This document shows, piece after piece, positions 43,601-58,200 of a DNA stretch of 64,000 nucleotides. Under the pieces are notes generated by a model. That model was given only the letters and a program-made list of their open reading frames with translations, was not told the DNA's origin and did not search any database. The position numbers and the translations under genes are program-made. Origin of the DNA: Eledone cirrhosa. Lineage: Eukaryota. The stretch is from contig OZ024744.1 in the NCBI GenBank assembly GCA_964016885.1, positions 110,236,001-110,300,000 of the forward strand, given 5' to 3'. Within the stretch, counting starts at the first letter, position 1. The number at the start of each line of letters is the position of its first letter.

Positions 43601-46600
43601 TAATCCACTATAACTTACCTTGCTCTGAACACAGTATAACTTACCTTGCTCTGAACACAGTAAAACTACACGATCCAATTTAACTTACCTTGCATTGAAC
43701 ACAGTAAAACTACACAATCCACTATAACTTACCTTGCTCTGAACACAGTAAAACTACATAATCCACTATAACTTACCTTGCCCTGAACACAGTAAAACTA
43801 ACACAATCCACTATAACGTACCTTGCCCTGAACACAGTAAAACTACACAATCCACTATAAATTACGTTTCCATGAACATACTAAAACTACACAATCTTCT
43901 ATAACTTACCTTGCCCTGAACACAGTAAAACTACACAATCCACTATAACTTACCTTGCCCTGAACACAGTAAAACTACACAATCCACTATAACTTACCTT
44001 GCCCTGAACACAGTAATACTACACAACCCACTATAACTTACCTTGCCCTGAACACAGTAAAACTACACAATCCACTATAACTTACCTTGCCCTGAACACA
44101 GTAAAACTACACAATCCACTTCAACTTACCTTGCTCTGAACACAGTAAAACTACACAATCCACTATAACTTACCTTGCCCTGAACATACTAAAACTACAC
44201 AATCCACTATAACTTACCTTGCCCTGAACACAGTAAAACTACAAGATCCACTATAACTTACCTTGCTCTGAACACAGTAAAACTACACAATCCACTATAA
44301 ATTACGTTGCCCTGAACACAGTAAGACTACATAATCTTCTATAACTTACCTTGCCCTGAACACAGTAAAACTACACAATCCACTATAACTTACCTTGCCC
44401 TGAACACAGTAAAACTACACAATCCACTATAACTTACCTTGCCCTGAACACAGTAAAACTACATAATCCACTATAACTTACCTTGACCTGAACACAGTAA
44501 AACTACACAATCCACTATAACTTACCTTGACCTGAACACAATAAAACAACACAATCCACTATAAATTACCTTGCCCTGAACACAGTAAAACTACACAATC
44601 CACTATAACTTACCTTGCCCTGACACAGTAAAACTACACAATCCACTATAACTTACCTTGCCCTGAACACTGTAAAACTACATAATCCACTATAACTTAC
44701 CTTGCCCTGAAACAGTAAAACTACACAAACCACTATAACTTACCTTGCCCTGAACACAGTAAAACTACACAATCCACTATAACTTACCTTGCCATGAAAC
44801 AGTAAAACTACACAAACCACTATAACTTACCTTGCCCTGAACACAGTAAAACTACACAATCCACTATAACTTACCTTGCCCTGAACACAGTAAAACTACA
44901 CGATCCACTATAAATTACCTTGCCCTGAACACAGTAAAACTACACAATCCACTATAACTAACCTTGACCTGAACACAGTAAAACTACACAATCCACTATA
45001 ACTTACCTTGTCCTGAACACACTAAAACTACACAATCCACTATAACTAAACTGGCCCTGAACACAGTAAAACTACACAATCCACTATAACTTAGCTTGCA
45101 CTGAACACAGTAAAACTACACAATCCACTATAACTTACCTTGCCCTGAACACAGTAAAACTACACAATCCACTTCAACTTACCTTGCTCTGAACACAGTA
45201 AAACTACACAATCCACTATAACTTACCTTGCCCTGAACACAGTAAAATTACACAATCCACTATAACTAACCTTGCCCTGAACACAGTAAAACTACACAAT
45301 CCACTATAACTTACTTTGCTCTGAACACAGTAAAACTACACAATCCACCTTAACTTACCTTGCTCTGAACACAGTAAAACTACAGAATCCACTTCAACTT
45401 ACCTTGCTCTGAACACAGTAAAACTACACAATCCACTATAACTTACCTTGCCCTGAACACAGTAAAACTACACGATCCACTATAAATTACCTTGCCCTGA
45501 ACACAGTAAAACTACACAATCCACTATAACTTACCTTGCCCTGAACACAGTAAAACTAAACAATCCACTATAACTTACCTTGCCCTGAACACAGTAAAAC
45601 TACACAATCCACTATAACTAACCTTGCTCTGAACACAGTAAAACTATACAATCCACCATAACTTACCTTGCCCTGAACAAAGTAAAACTACACAATCCAC
45701 TATAACTTAACTTGACCTGAACAGAGTAAAACTACACAATCCACTATAACTTACCTTGCACTGGACACAGTAAAACTACACAACCCACTATAACTTACCT
45801 TGCCCTGAACACACTAAAACTACACAATCCACTATAACTTACCTTGCCCTGAACACAGTAAAATTACACAATCCACTATAACTTACCTTGCCCTGAACAC
45901 AGTAAAACTACATAATCCACTATAACTTAACATGCTCTGAACACAGTAAAACTACACAACCCACTATAACTTACCTTGCCTTGAACACAGTAAAACTACA
46001 CAATCCACAATAACTTACCTTGCCCTGAACATAGTAAAACTACGTAATCCACTATAACTTACCTTCCTCTAAACACAGGAAAACTACACAATCCACTATA
46101 ACTTACCTTGCCCAGAACACAGTAAAACTACGTAATCCACTATAACTTACCTTGCCCTGAACACAGTAAAACTACACAATCCACTATAATTTACCTTGCC
46201 CTGAACACAGTAAAACTACACAATCCACTATAACTTACCTTGCTCTGAACACAGTAAAACTACATAATCCACTATAACTTACCTTGCCCTGAACACAGTA
46301 AAACTAACACAATCCACTATAACTTACCTTGCCCTGAACACAGTAAAACTACACCCTCCACTATAAATTACGTTGCCATGAACATACTAAAACTACACGA
46401 TCTTCTATAACTTACCTTGCCCTGAACACAGTAAAACCACACAATCCACTATAACTTACCTTGCCCTGAACACAGTAAAACTACACAATCCACTATAACT
46501 TACCTTGCCCTGAACACAGTAAAACTACACAATCCACTATAACTTACCTTGCCCTGAACACAGTAAAACTACACGATCCACTATAACTTACCTTGCCCTG

Positions 46601-48899
46601 AACATAGTGAAAGAACGTAATCCACTATAACTTACCTTCCTTTGAACACAGTAAAACTACACAATCCACTATAATTTACCTTGCCCTGAATACAGTAAAA
46701 CTACAAGATCCACTATAACTTACCTTGCTCTGAACACAGTAAAACTACATAATCCACTATAACTTACCTTGCCCTGAACACAGTAAAACTAACACAATCC
46801 ACTATAACTTACCTTGCCCTGAACACAGTAAAACTACACAATCCACTATAACTTACCTTGCCCTGAACACAGTAAAACTACACAATCCACTATAAATTAC
46901 GTTGCTCTGAACATACTAAAACTACACAATCTTCTATAACTTACCTTGCCCTGAACACAGTAAAACTACACAATCCACTATAAATTACGTTGCCCTGAAC
47001 ACAGTAAAACTACACAATCCACTATAAATTACCTTGCCTTGAACACAGTAAAATTACACAATCCACTATAACTAAACTTGCCCCGAACACAGTAAAACTA
47101 CACAATCCAATATAACTTACCTTGCTCTGAACACAGTAAAACTACACAATCCACTATAACTTACCTTGCCCTGAACAAAGTAAAACTACACAATCCACTA
47201 TAATTTACCTTGCCCTGAACACAGAAAAACTACACAATCCACTATAACTGACCTTGGTCTGAACACAGTAAAACTACACAATCCACTATAACTTACCTTG
47301 CTCTGAACACAGTAAAACTACACAATCCACTATAACTTACCTTGCCCTGAACACAGTAAAACTACACAATCCACCATAACTTACCTTGCCCTGAACACAG
47401 TAAAAGAACACAATCTTCTATAACTTACCTTGCCCTGAATACAGTGAAACTACACAATCCCCTATACCTTACCTTGCTCTGAACACAGTAAAACTACACA
47501 ATCCACTATAACTTACCTTGCCCTGAACACAGTAAAACTACACAATCCACTATAACTTAAATTGCCCTGAACTCAGTAAAACTACACAATCCACTATAAC
47601 TTACCTTGCTCTGAACACAGTATAACTTACCTTGCTCTGAACACAGTAAAACTACACGATCCAATTTAACTTACCTTGCATAGAACACAGTAAAACTACA
47701 CAATCCACTATAACTTACCTTGCTCTGAACACAGTAAAACTACATAATCCACTATAACTTACCTTGCCCTGAACACAGTAAAACTAACACAATCCACTAT
47801 AACGTACCTTGCCCTGAACACAGTAAAACTACACAATCCACTATAAATTACGTTTCCATGAACATACTAAAACTACACAATCTTCTATAACTTACCTTGC
47901 CCTGAACACAGTAAAACTACACGATCCACTATAACTTACCTTGCCCTGAACACAGTAAAACTACACAATCCACTATAACTTACCTTGCCCTGAACACAGA
48001 AATACTACACAACCCACTATAACTTACCTTGCCCTGAACACAGTAAAACTACACAATCCACTATAACTTACCTTGCCCTGAACACAGTAAAACTACACAA
48101 TCCACTTCAACTTACCTTGCTCTGAACACAGTAAAACTACACAATCCACTATAATTTACCTTGCTCTGAACACAGTAAAACTACACAATCCACTATAAAT
48201 TACGTTGCCCTGAACACAGTAAGACTACACAATCTTCTATAACTTACCTTGCCCTGAACACAGTAAAACTACACAATCCACTATAACTTACCTTGCCCTG
48301 AACACAGTAAAACTACACAATCCACTATAACTTACCTTGACCTGAACACAGTAAAACTACATATTCCACTATAACTTACCTTGCCCTGAACACAGGAAAA
48401 CTACACAATCCACTATAACTTACCTTGCCCTGAACACAGTAAAACAACACAATCCACTATAAATTACCTTGCCCTGAACACAGTAAAACTACACAATCCA
48501 CTATAACTTACCTTGCCCTGAACACAGTAAAACTACACAATCCACTATAACTTACCTTGCCCTGAACACTGTAAAACTACATAATCCACTATAACTTACC
48601 TTGCCCTGAAACAGTAAAACTACACAAACCACTATAACTTACCTTGCCCTGAACACAGTAAAACTACACAATCCACTATAACTTACCTTGCCCTGAACAC
48701 AGTAAAACTACACAATCCACTATAACTTACCTTGCCCTGAACACAGTAAAACTACACAATCCACTATAACTTACCTTGCCCTGAACACAGTAAAACTACA
48801 CGATCCACTATAACTTACCTTGCCCTGAACACAGTAAAACTACACGATCCACTATAACTTACCTTGCCCTGAACACAGTAAAACTACACAATCCACTAT

Positions 48900-51800
48900 A
48901 ACTAACCTTGCTCTGAACACAGTAAAACTATACAATCTACCATAACTTACCTTGCCCTGAACACAGTAAAACTACACAATCCACTATAACTTACCTTGAC
49001 CTGAACAGAGTAAAACTACGCAATCCACTATAACTTACCTTGCACTGGACACAATAAAACTACACAACCCACTATAACTTACCTTGCCCTGAACACACTA
49101 AAACTACACAATCCACTATAACTTACCTTGCACTGGACACAGTAAAACTACACAATCCACTATAACTTACCTTGACCTGAACAGAGTAAAACTACACAAT
49201 CCACTATAACTTACCTTGACCTGAACAGAGTAAAACTACACAATCCACTATAACTTACCTTGCCCTGAACAGAGTAAAACTACACAATCCACTATAACTT
49301 ACCTTGACCTGAACAGAGTAAAACTACACAATCCACTATAACTTACCTTGACCTGAACAGAGTAAAACTACACAATCCACTATAACTTACCTTGACCTGA
49401 ACACAGTAAAACTACACAATCCACTATAAATTACGTTGCCCTGAACATACTAAAACTACACAATCTTCTATAACTTACCTTGCCCTGAACACAGTAAAAC
49501 TACACAATCCACTATAACTTTCCTTGCCCTGAACACAGTAAAACTACACAACCCACTATAACATACCTTGCCCTGAACACAGTAAAACTACACAATCCAC
49601 TGTAACTTACCTTGCCCTGAACACAGTAAAACTGCATAATCCACTATAACTTACCTTGCCCTGAACACAGTAAAACTACACAATCCACTATAACTTACCT
49701 TGCCCTGAACACAGTAAAACTACACAATCCACTATAAATTACCTTGCCCTGAACACAGTAAAACTACACAATCCACTATAACTTACCTTGCCCTGAACAC
49801 AGTAAAACTACACAATCCACTATAACTTACCTTGCCCTGAACACTGTAAAACTACATAATCCACTATAACTTACCTTGCCCTGAAACAGTAAAACTACAC
49901 AAACCACTATAACTTACCTTGCCCTGAACACAGTAAAACTACACGATCCACTATAACTTACCTTGCCTTGAACACAGTAAAACTACACGATCCACTATAA
50001 CTTACCTTGCCCTGAACACAGTAAAACTACACAATCCACTATAACTAACCTTGCTCTGAACACAGTAAAACTACACAATCCACTATAACTTACCTTGCCC
50101 TGAACACAGAAAAACTACACAATCCACTATAACTAACCTTGCTCTGAACACAGTAAAACTATACAATCCACCATAACTTACCTTGCCCTGAACACAGTAA
50201 AACTACACAATCCACTATAACATACCTTGACCTGAACAGAGTAAAACTACACAATCCTCTATAACTTACCTTGCCCTGAACACACTAAAACTACACAATC
50301 CACTATAACTTACCTTGCACTGAAAACAGTAAAACTACACAACCCACTATAACTTACCTTGCTCTGAACACAGTAAAACTACACAATCCACTATAACTTA
50401 CCTTGCCCTGAACATAGTAAAAGAACGTAATCCACTATAACTTACCTTCCTTTGAACACAGTAAAACTACACAATCCACTATAATTTACCTTGCCCTGAA
50501 CACAGTAAAACTACAAGATCCACTATAACTTACCTTGCTCTGAACACAGTAAAACTACATAATCCACTATAACTTACCTTGCCTTGAACACAGTAAAACT
50601 AACACAATCCACTATAACTTACCTTGCCCTGAACACAGTAAAACTACACAATCCACTATAAATTACGTTGCCCTGAACATACTAAAACTACACAATCTTC
50701 TATAACTTACCTTGCCCTGAACACAGTAAAACTGCATAATCCACTATAAATTACCTTGCCCTGAACACAGTAAAACTACACAATCCACTATAACTTACCT
50801 TGCCCTGAACACAGTAAAACTACACAATCCACTATAACTTACCTTGCCCTGAACACTGTAAAACTACATAATCCACTATAACTTACCTTGCCCTGAAACA
50901 GTAAAACTACACAAACCACTATAACTTACCTTGCCCTGAACACAGTAAAACTACACAATCCACTATAACTTACCTTGCCCTGAACACAGTAAAACTACAC
51001 GATCCACTATAAATTACCTTGCCCTGAACACAGTAAAACTACACAATCCACTATAACTAACCTTGACCTGAACACAGTAAAACTACACAATCCACTATAA
51101 CTTACCTTGTCCTGAACACACTAAAACTACACAATCCTCTATAACTTAACTGGCCCTGAACACAGTAAAACTACACAATCCACTATAACTTAGCTTGCAC
51201 TGAACACAGTAAAACTACACAATCCACTATAACTTACCTTGCCCTGAACACAGTAAAACTACACAATCCACTTCAACTTACCTTGCTCTGAACACAGTAA
51301 AACTACACAATCCACTATAACTTACCTTGCCCTGAACACAGTAAAATTACACAATCCACTATAACTAACCTTGCCCTGAACACAGTAAAACTACACAATC
51401 CACTATAACTTACTTTGCTCTGAACACAGTAAAACTACACAATCCACCTTAACTTACCTTGCTCTGAACACAGTAAAACTACACAATCCACTTCAACTTA
51501 CCTTGCTCTGAACACAGTAAAACTACACAATCCACTATAACTTACCTTGCCCTGAACACAGTAAAATTACACAATCCACTATAACTTACCTTGCCCTGAA
51601 CACAGTAAAACTACATAATCCACTATAACTTAACATGCTCTGAACACAGTAAAACTACATAATCCAGTATAACTTACCTTGCCCTGAACACAGTAAAACT
51701 AACACAATCCACTATAACTTACCTTGCCCTGAACACAGTAAAACTACACGATCCACTATAACTTACCTTGCCCTGAACACAGTAAAACTACACAATCCAC

Positions 51801-54800
51801 TATAACTAACCTTGCTCTGAACACAGTAAAACTATACAATCTACTATAACTAACCTTGCTCTGAACACAGTAAAACTACACAATCCACTATAAATTACGT
51901 TGCCCTGAACACAGTAAGACTACACAATCTTCTATAACTTACCTTGCCCTGAACACAGTAAAACTACACAATCCACTATAACTTACCTTGCCCTGAACAC
52001 AGTAAAACTACACAATCCACTATAACTTACCTTGCCCTGAACACAGTAAAACTACATATTCCACTATAACTTACCTTGCCCTGAACACAGTAAAACTACA
52101 CAATCCACTATAACTTACCTTGCCCTGAACACAGTAAAACAACACAATCCACTATAAATTACCTTGCCCTGAACACAGTAAAACTACACAATCCACTATA
52201 ACTTACCTTGCCCTGAACACAGTAAAACTACACAATCCACTATAACTTACCTTGCCCTGAACACTGTAAAACTACATAATCCACTATAACTTACCTTGCC
52301 CTGAAACAGTAAAACTACACAAACCACTATAACTTACCTTGCCCTGAACACAGTAAAACTACACAATCCACTATAACTTACCTTGCCCTGAACACAGTAA
52401 AACTACACAATCCACTATAACTTACCTTGCCCTGAACACAGTAAAACTACACAATCCACTATAAATTACGTTGCCCTGAACATACTAAAACTACACAATC
52501 TTCTATAACTTACCTTGCCCTGAACACAGTAAAACTACACAATCCACTATAACTTTCCTTGCCCTGAACACAGTAAAACTACACAACCCACTATAACTTA
52601 CCTTGCCCTGAAACAGCAAATCTACACAAACCACTATAACTTACCTTGCCCTGAACACAGTAAAACTACACAATCCACTATAACTTACCTTGCCCTGAAC
52701 ACAGTAAAACTACACAATCCACTATAACTTACCTTGCCCTGAACACAGTAAAACTACACAATCCACTATAACTTACCTTGCCCTGAACACAGTAAAACTA
52801 CACGATCCACTATAACTTACCTTGCCCTGAACACAGTAAAACTACACGATCCACTATAACTTACCTTGCCCTGAACACAGTAAAACTACACAATCAACTA
52901 TAACTAACCTTGCTCTGAACACAGTAAAACTACACAATCCACTATAACTAACCTTTCTCTGAACACAGTAAAACTATACAATCTACCATAACTTACCTTG
53001 CCCTGAACACAGTAAAACTACACAATCCACTATAACTTACATTGACCTGAACAGAGTAAAACTACACAATCCACTATAACTTACCTTGCACTGGACACAA
53101 TAAAACTACACAACCCACTATAACTTACCTTGCCCTGAACACACTAAAACTACACAATCCACTATAACTTACCTTGCACTGGACACAGTAAAACTACACA
53201 ATCCACTATAACTTACCTTGACCTGAACAGAGTAAAACTACACAATCCACTATAACTTACCTTGACCTGAACAGAGTAAAACTACACAATCCACTATAAC
53301 TTACCTTGACCTGAACAGAGTAAAACTACACAATCCACTATAACTTACCTTGACCTGAACAGAGTAAAACTACACAATCCACTATAACTTACCTTGCCCT
53401 GAACACAGTAAAACTACACAATCCACTATAACTTACCTTGACCTGAACAGAGTAAAACTACACAATCCACTATAACTTAACTTGCACTGAAAACGGTAAA
53501 ACTACACAACCCACTATAACTTACCTTGCCCTGAACATAGTAAAAGAACGTAATCCACTATAACTTACCTTCCTTTGAACACAGTAAAACTACACAATCC
53601 ACTATAATTTACCTTGCCCTGAACACAGTAAAACTACAAGATCCACTATAACTTACCTTGCTCTGAACACAGTAAAACTACATAATCCAGTATAACTTAC
53701 CTTGCCCTGAACACAGTAAAACTAACACAATCCACTATAACTTACCTTGCCCTGAACACAGTAAAACTACACAATCCACTATAACTTACCTTGCCCTGAA
53801 CACAGTAAAACTACACAATCCACTATAAATTACGTTGCCCTGAACATACAAAAACTACACAATCTTCTATAACTTACCTTGCCCTGAACACAGTAAAACT
53901 ACACAATCCACTATAACTTTCCTTGCCCTGAACACAGTAAAACTACACAACCCACTATAACATACCTTGCCCTGAACACAGTAAAACTACACAATCCACT
54001 GTAACTTACCTTGCCCTGAACACAGTAAAACTGCATAATCCACTATAACTTACCTTGCCCTGAACACAGTAAAACTACACAATCCACTATAACTTACCTT
54101 GCCCTGAACACAGTAAAACTACACAATCCACTATAAATTACCTTGCCCTGAACACAGTAAAACTACACAATCCACTATAACTTACCTTGCCCTGAACACA
54201 GTAAAACTACACAATCCACTATAACTTACCTTGCCCTGAACACTGTAAAACTACATAATCCACTATAACTTACCTTGCCCTGAAACAGTAAAACTACACA
54301 AACCACTATAACTTACCTTGCCCTGAACACAGTAAAACTACACTATCCACTATAACTTACCTTGCCTTGAACACAGTAAAACTACACGATCCACTATAAC
54401 TTACCTTGCCCTGAACACACTAAAACTACACAATCCACTATAACTAACCTTGCTCTGAACACAGTAAAACTACACAATCCACTATAACTTACCTTGCCCT
54501 GAACACAGTAAAACTACACAATCCACTATAACTAACCTTGCTCTGAACACAGTAAAACTATACAATCCACCATAACTTACCTTGCCCTGAACACAGTAAA
54601 ACTACACAATCCTCTATAACTTACCTTGCCCTGAACACACTAAAACTACACAATCCACTATAACTTACCTTGCACTGAAAACAGTAAAACTACACAACCC
54701 ACTATAACTTATCTTGCTCTGAACACAGTAAAACTACACAATCCACTATAACTTACCTTGCCCTGAACATAGTAAAAGAACGTAATCCACTATAACTTAC

Positions 54801-57800
54801 CTTCCTTTGAACACAGTAAAACTACACAATCCACTATAACTTACCTTGCCCTGAACACAGTAAAACTACAAGATCCACTATAACTTACCTTGCTCTGAAC
54901 ACAGTAAAACTACATAATCCACTATAACTTACCTTGCCCTGAACACAGTAAAACTAACACAATCCACTATAACTTACCTTGCCCTGAACACAGTAAAACT
55001 ACACGATCCACTATAACTTACCTTGCCCTGAACACAGTAAAACTACACAATCCACTATAACTAACCTTGCTCTGAACACAGTAAAACTATACAATCTACC
55101 ATAACTTACCTTGCCCTGAACACAGTAAAACTACACAATCCACTATAACTTACCTTGAGCTGAACAGAGTAAAACTACACAATCCACTATAACTTACCTT
55201 GCACTGGACACAATAAAACTACACAACCCACTATAACTTACCTTGCCCTGAACACACTAATACTACACAATCCACTATAACTTACGTTGCACTGGACACA
55301 GTAAAACTACACAATCCACTATAACTTACCTTGACCTGAACAGAGTAAAACTACACAATCCACTATAACTTACCTTGACCTGAACAGATTAAAACTACAC
55401 AATCCACTATAACTTACCTTGACCTGAACAGAGTAAAACTACACAATCCACTATAACTTACCTTGACCTGAACAGAGTAAAACTACACAATCCACTATAA
55501 CTTACCTTGCCCTGAACACAGTAAAACTACACAATCCACTATAACTTACCTTGACCTGAACAGAGTAAAACTACACAATCCACTATAACTTACCTTGCAC
55601 TGAAAACGGTAAAACTACACAACCCACTATAACTTACCTTGCCCTGAACATAGTAAAAGAACGTAATCCACTATAACTTACCTTCCTTTGAACACAGTAA
55701 AACTACACAATCCACTATAATTTACCTTGCCCTGAACACAGAAAAACTACAAGATCCACTATAACTTACCTTGCTCTGAACACAGTAAAACTACATAATC
55801 CGCTATAACTTACCTTGCCCTGAACACAGTAAAACTAACACAATCCACTATAACTTACCTTGCCCTGAACACAGTAAAACTACACAATCCACTATAACTT
55901 ACCTTGCCCTGAACACAGTAAAACTACACAATCCACTATAAATTACGTTGCCCTGAACATACTAAAACTACACAATCTTCTATAACTTACCTTGCCCTGA
56001 ACACAGTAAAACTACACAATCCACTATAACTTTCCTTGCCCTGAACACAGTAAAACTACACAACCCACTATAACTTACCTTGCCCTGAAACAGTAAAACT
56101 ACACAAACCACTATAACTTACCTTGCCCTGAACACAGTAAAACTACACAATCCACTATAACTTACCTTGCCCTGAACACAGTAAAACTACACGATCCACT
56201 ATAACTTACCTTGCCCTGAACACAGTAAAACTACACGATCCACTATAACTTACCTTGCCCTGAACACAGTAAAACTACACAATCAACTATAACTAACCTT
56301 GCTCTGAACACAGTAAAACTATACAATCTACCATAACTTACCTTGCCCTGAACACAGTAAAACTACACAATCCACTATAACTTACCTTGACCTGAACAGA
56401 GTAAAACTACGCAATCCACTATAACTTACCTTGCACTGGACACAATAAAACTACACAACCCACTATAACTTACCTTGCTCTGAACACACTAAAACTACAC
56501 AATCCACTATAACTTACCTTGCACTGGACACAGTAAAACTACACAATCCACTATAACTTACCTTGACCTGAACAGAGTAAAACTACACAATCCACTATAA
56601 CTTACCTTGACCTGAACAGAGTAAAACTACACAATCCACTATAACTTACCTTGCCCTGAACAGAGTAAAACTACACAATCCACTATAACTTACCTTGACC
56701 TGAACAGAGTAAAACTACACAATCCACTATAACTTACCTTGACCTGAACAGAGTAAAACTACACAATCCACTATAACTTACCTTGACCTGAACACAGTAA
56801 AACTACACAATCCACTATAACTTACCTTGCCCTGAACACAGTAAAACTACACAATCCACTATAAATTACGTTGCCCTGAACATACTAAAACTACACAATC
56901 TTCTATAACTTACCTTGCCCAGAACACAGTAAAACTACACAATCCACTATAACTTTCCTTGCCCTGAACACAGTAAAACTACACAACCCACTATAACATA
57001 CCTTGCCCTGAACACAGTAAAACTACACAATCCACTGTAACTTACCTTGCCCTGAACACAGTAAAACTGCATAATCCACTATAACTTACCTTGCCCTGAA
57101 CACAGTAAAACTACACAATCCACTATAACTTACCTTGCCCTGAACACAGTAAAACTACACAATCCACTATAAATTACCTTGCCCTGAACACAGTAAAACT
57201 ACACAATCCACTATAACTTACCTTGCCCTGAACACAGTAAAACTACACAATCCACTATAACTTACCTTGCCCTGAACACTGTAAAACTACATAATCCACT
57301 ATAACTTACCTTGCCGTGAAACAGTAAAACTACACAAACCACTATAACTTACCTTGCCCTGAACACAGTAAAACTACACGATCCACTATAACTTACCTTG
57401 CCTTGAACACAGTAAAACTACACGATCCACTATAACTTACCTTGCCCTGAACACAGTAAAACTACACAATCCACTATAACTAACCTTGCTCTGAACACAG
57501 TAAAACTACACAATCCACTATAACTTACCTTGCCCTGAACACAGAAAAACTACACAATCCACTATAACTAACCTTGCTCTGAACACAGTAAAACTATACA
57601 ATCCACCATAACTTACCTTGCCCTGAACACAGTAAAACTACACAATCCACTATAACTTACCTTGACCTGAACAGAGTAAAACTACACAATCCTCTATAAC
57701 TTACCTTGCCCTGAACACACTAAAACTACACAATCCACTATAACTTACCTTGCACTGAAAACAGTAAAACTACACAACCCACTATAACTTACCTTGCTCT

Positions 57801-58200
57801 GAACACAGTAAAACTACACAATCCACTATAACTTACCTTGCCCTGAACATAGTAAAAGAACGTAATCCACTATAACTTACCTTCCTTTGAACACAGTAAA
57901 ACTACACAATCCACTATAATTTACCTTGCCCTGAACACAGTAAAACTACAAGATCCAATATAACTTACCTTGCTCTGAACACAGTAAAACTACATAATCC
58001 ACTATAACTTACCTTGCCTTGAACACAGTAAAACTAACACAATCCACTATAACTTACCTTGCCCTGAACACAGTAAAACTACACAATCCACTATAAATTA
58101 CGTTGCCCTGAACATACTAAAACTACACAATCTTCTATAACTTACCTTGCCCTGAACACAGTAAAACTGCATAATCCACTATAAATTACCTTGCCCTGAA
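48900..58200. repeat. Segment about 48.9-50.75 kb duplicated at about 56.3-58.2 kb (offset about 7.4 kb)
   Basis: Rare ACTACGCAAT at about 49020 and 56411, followed by the same order of variants (GACACAATAA, CCCTGAACAGAG, ACAGAAAAAC, CCTCTATA). Confidence 0.8.
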
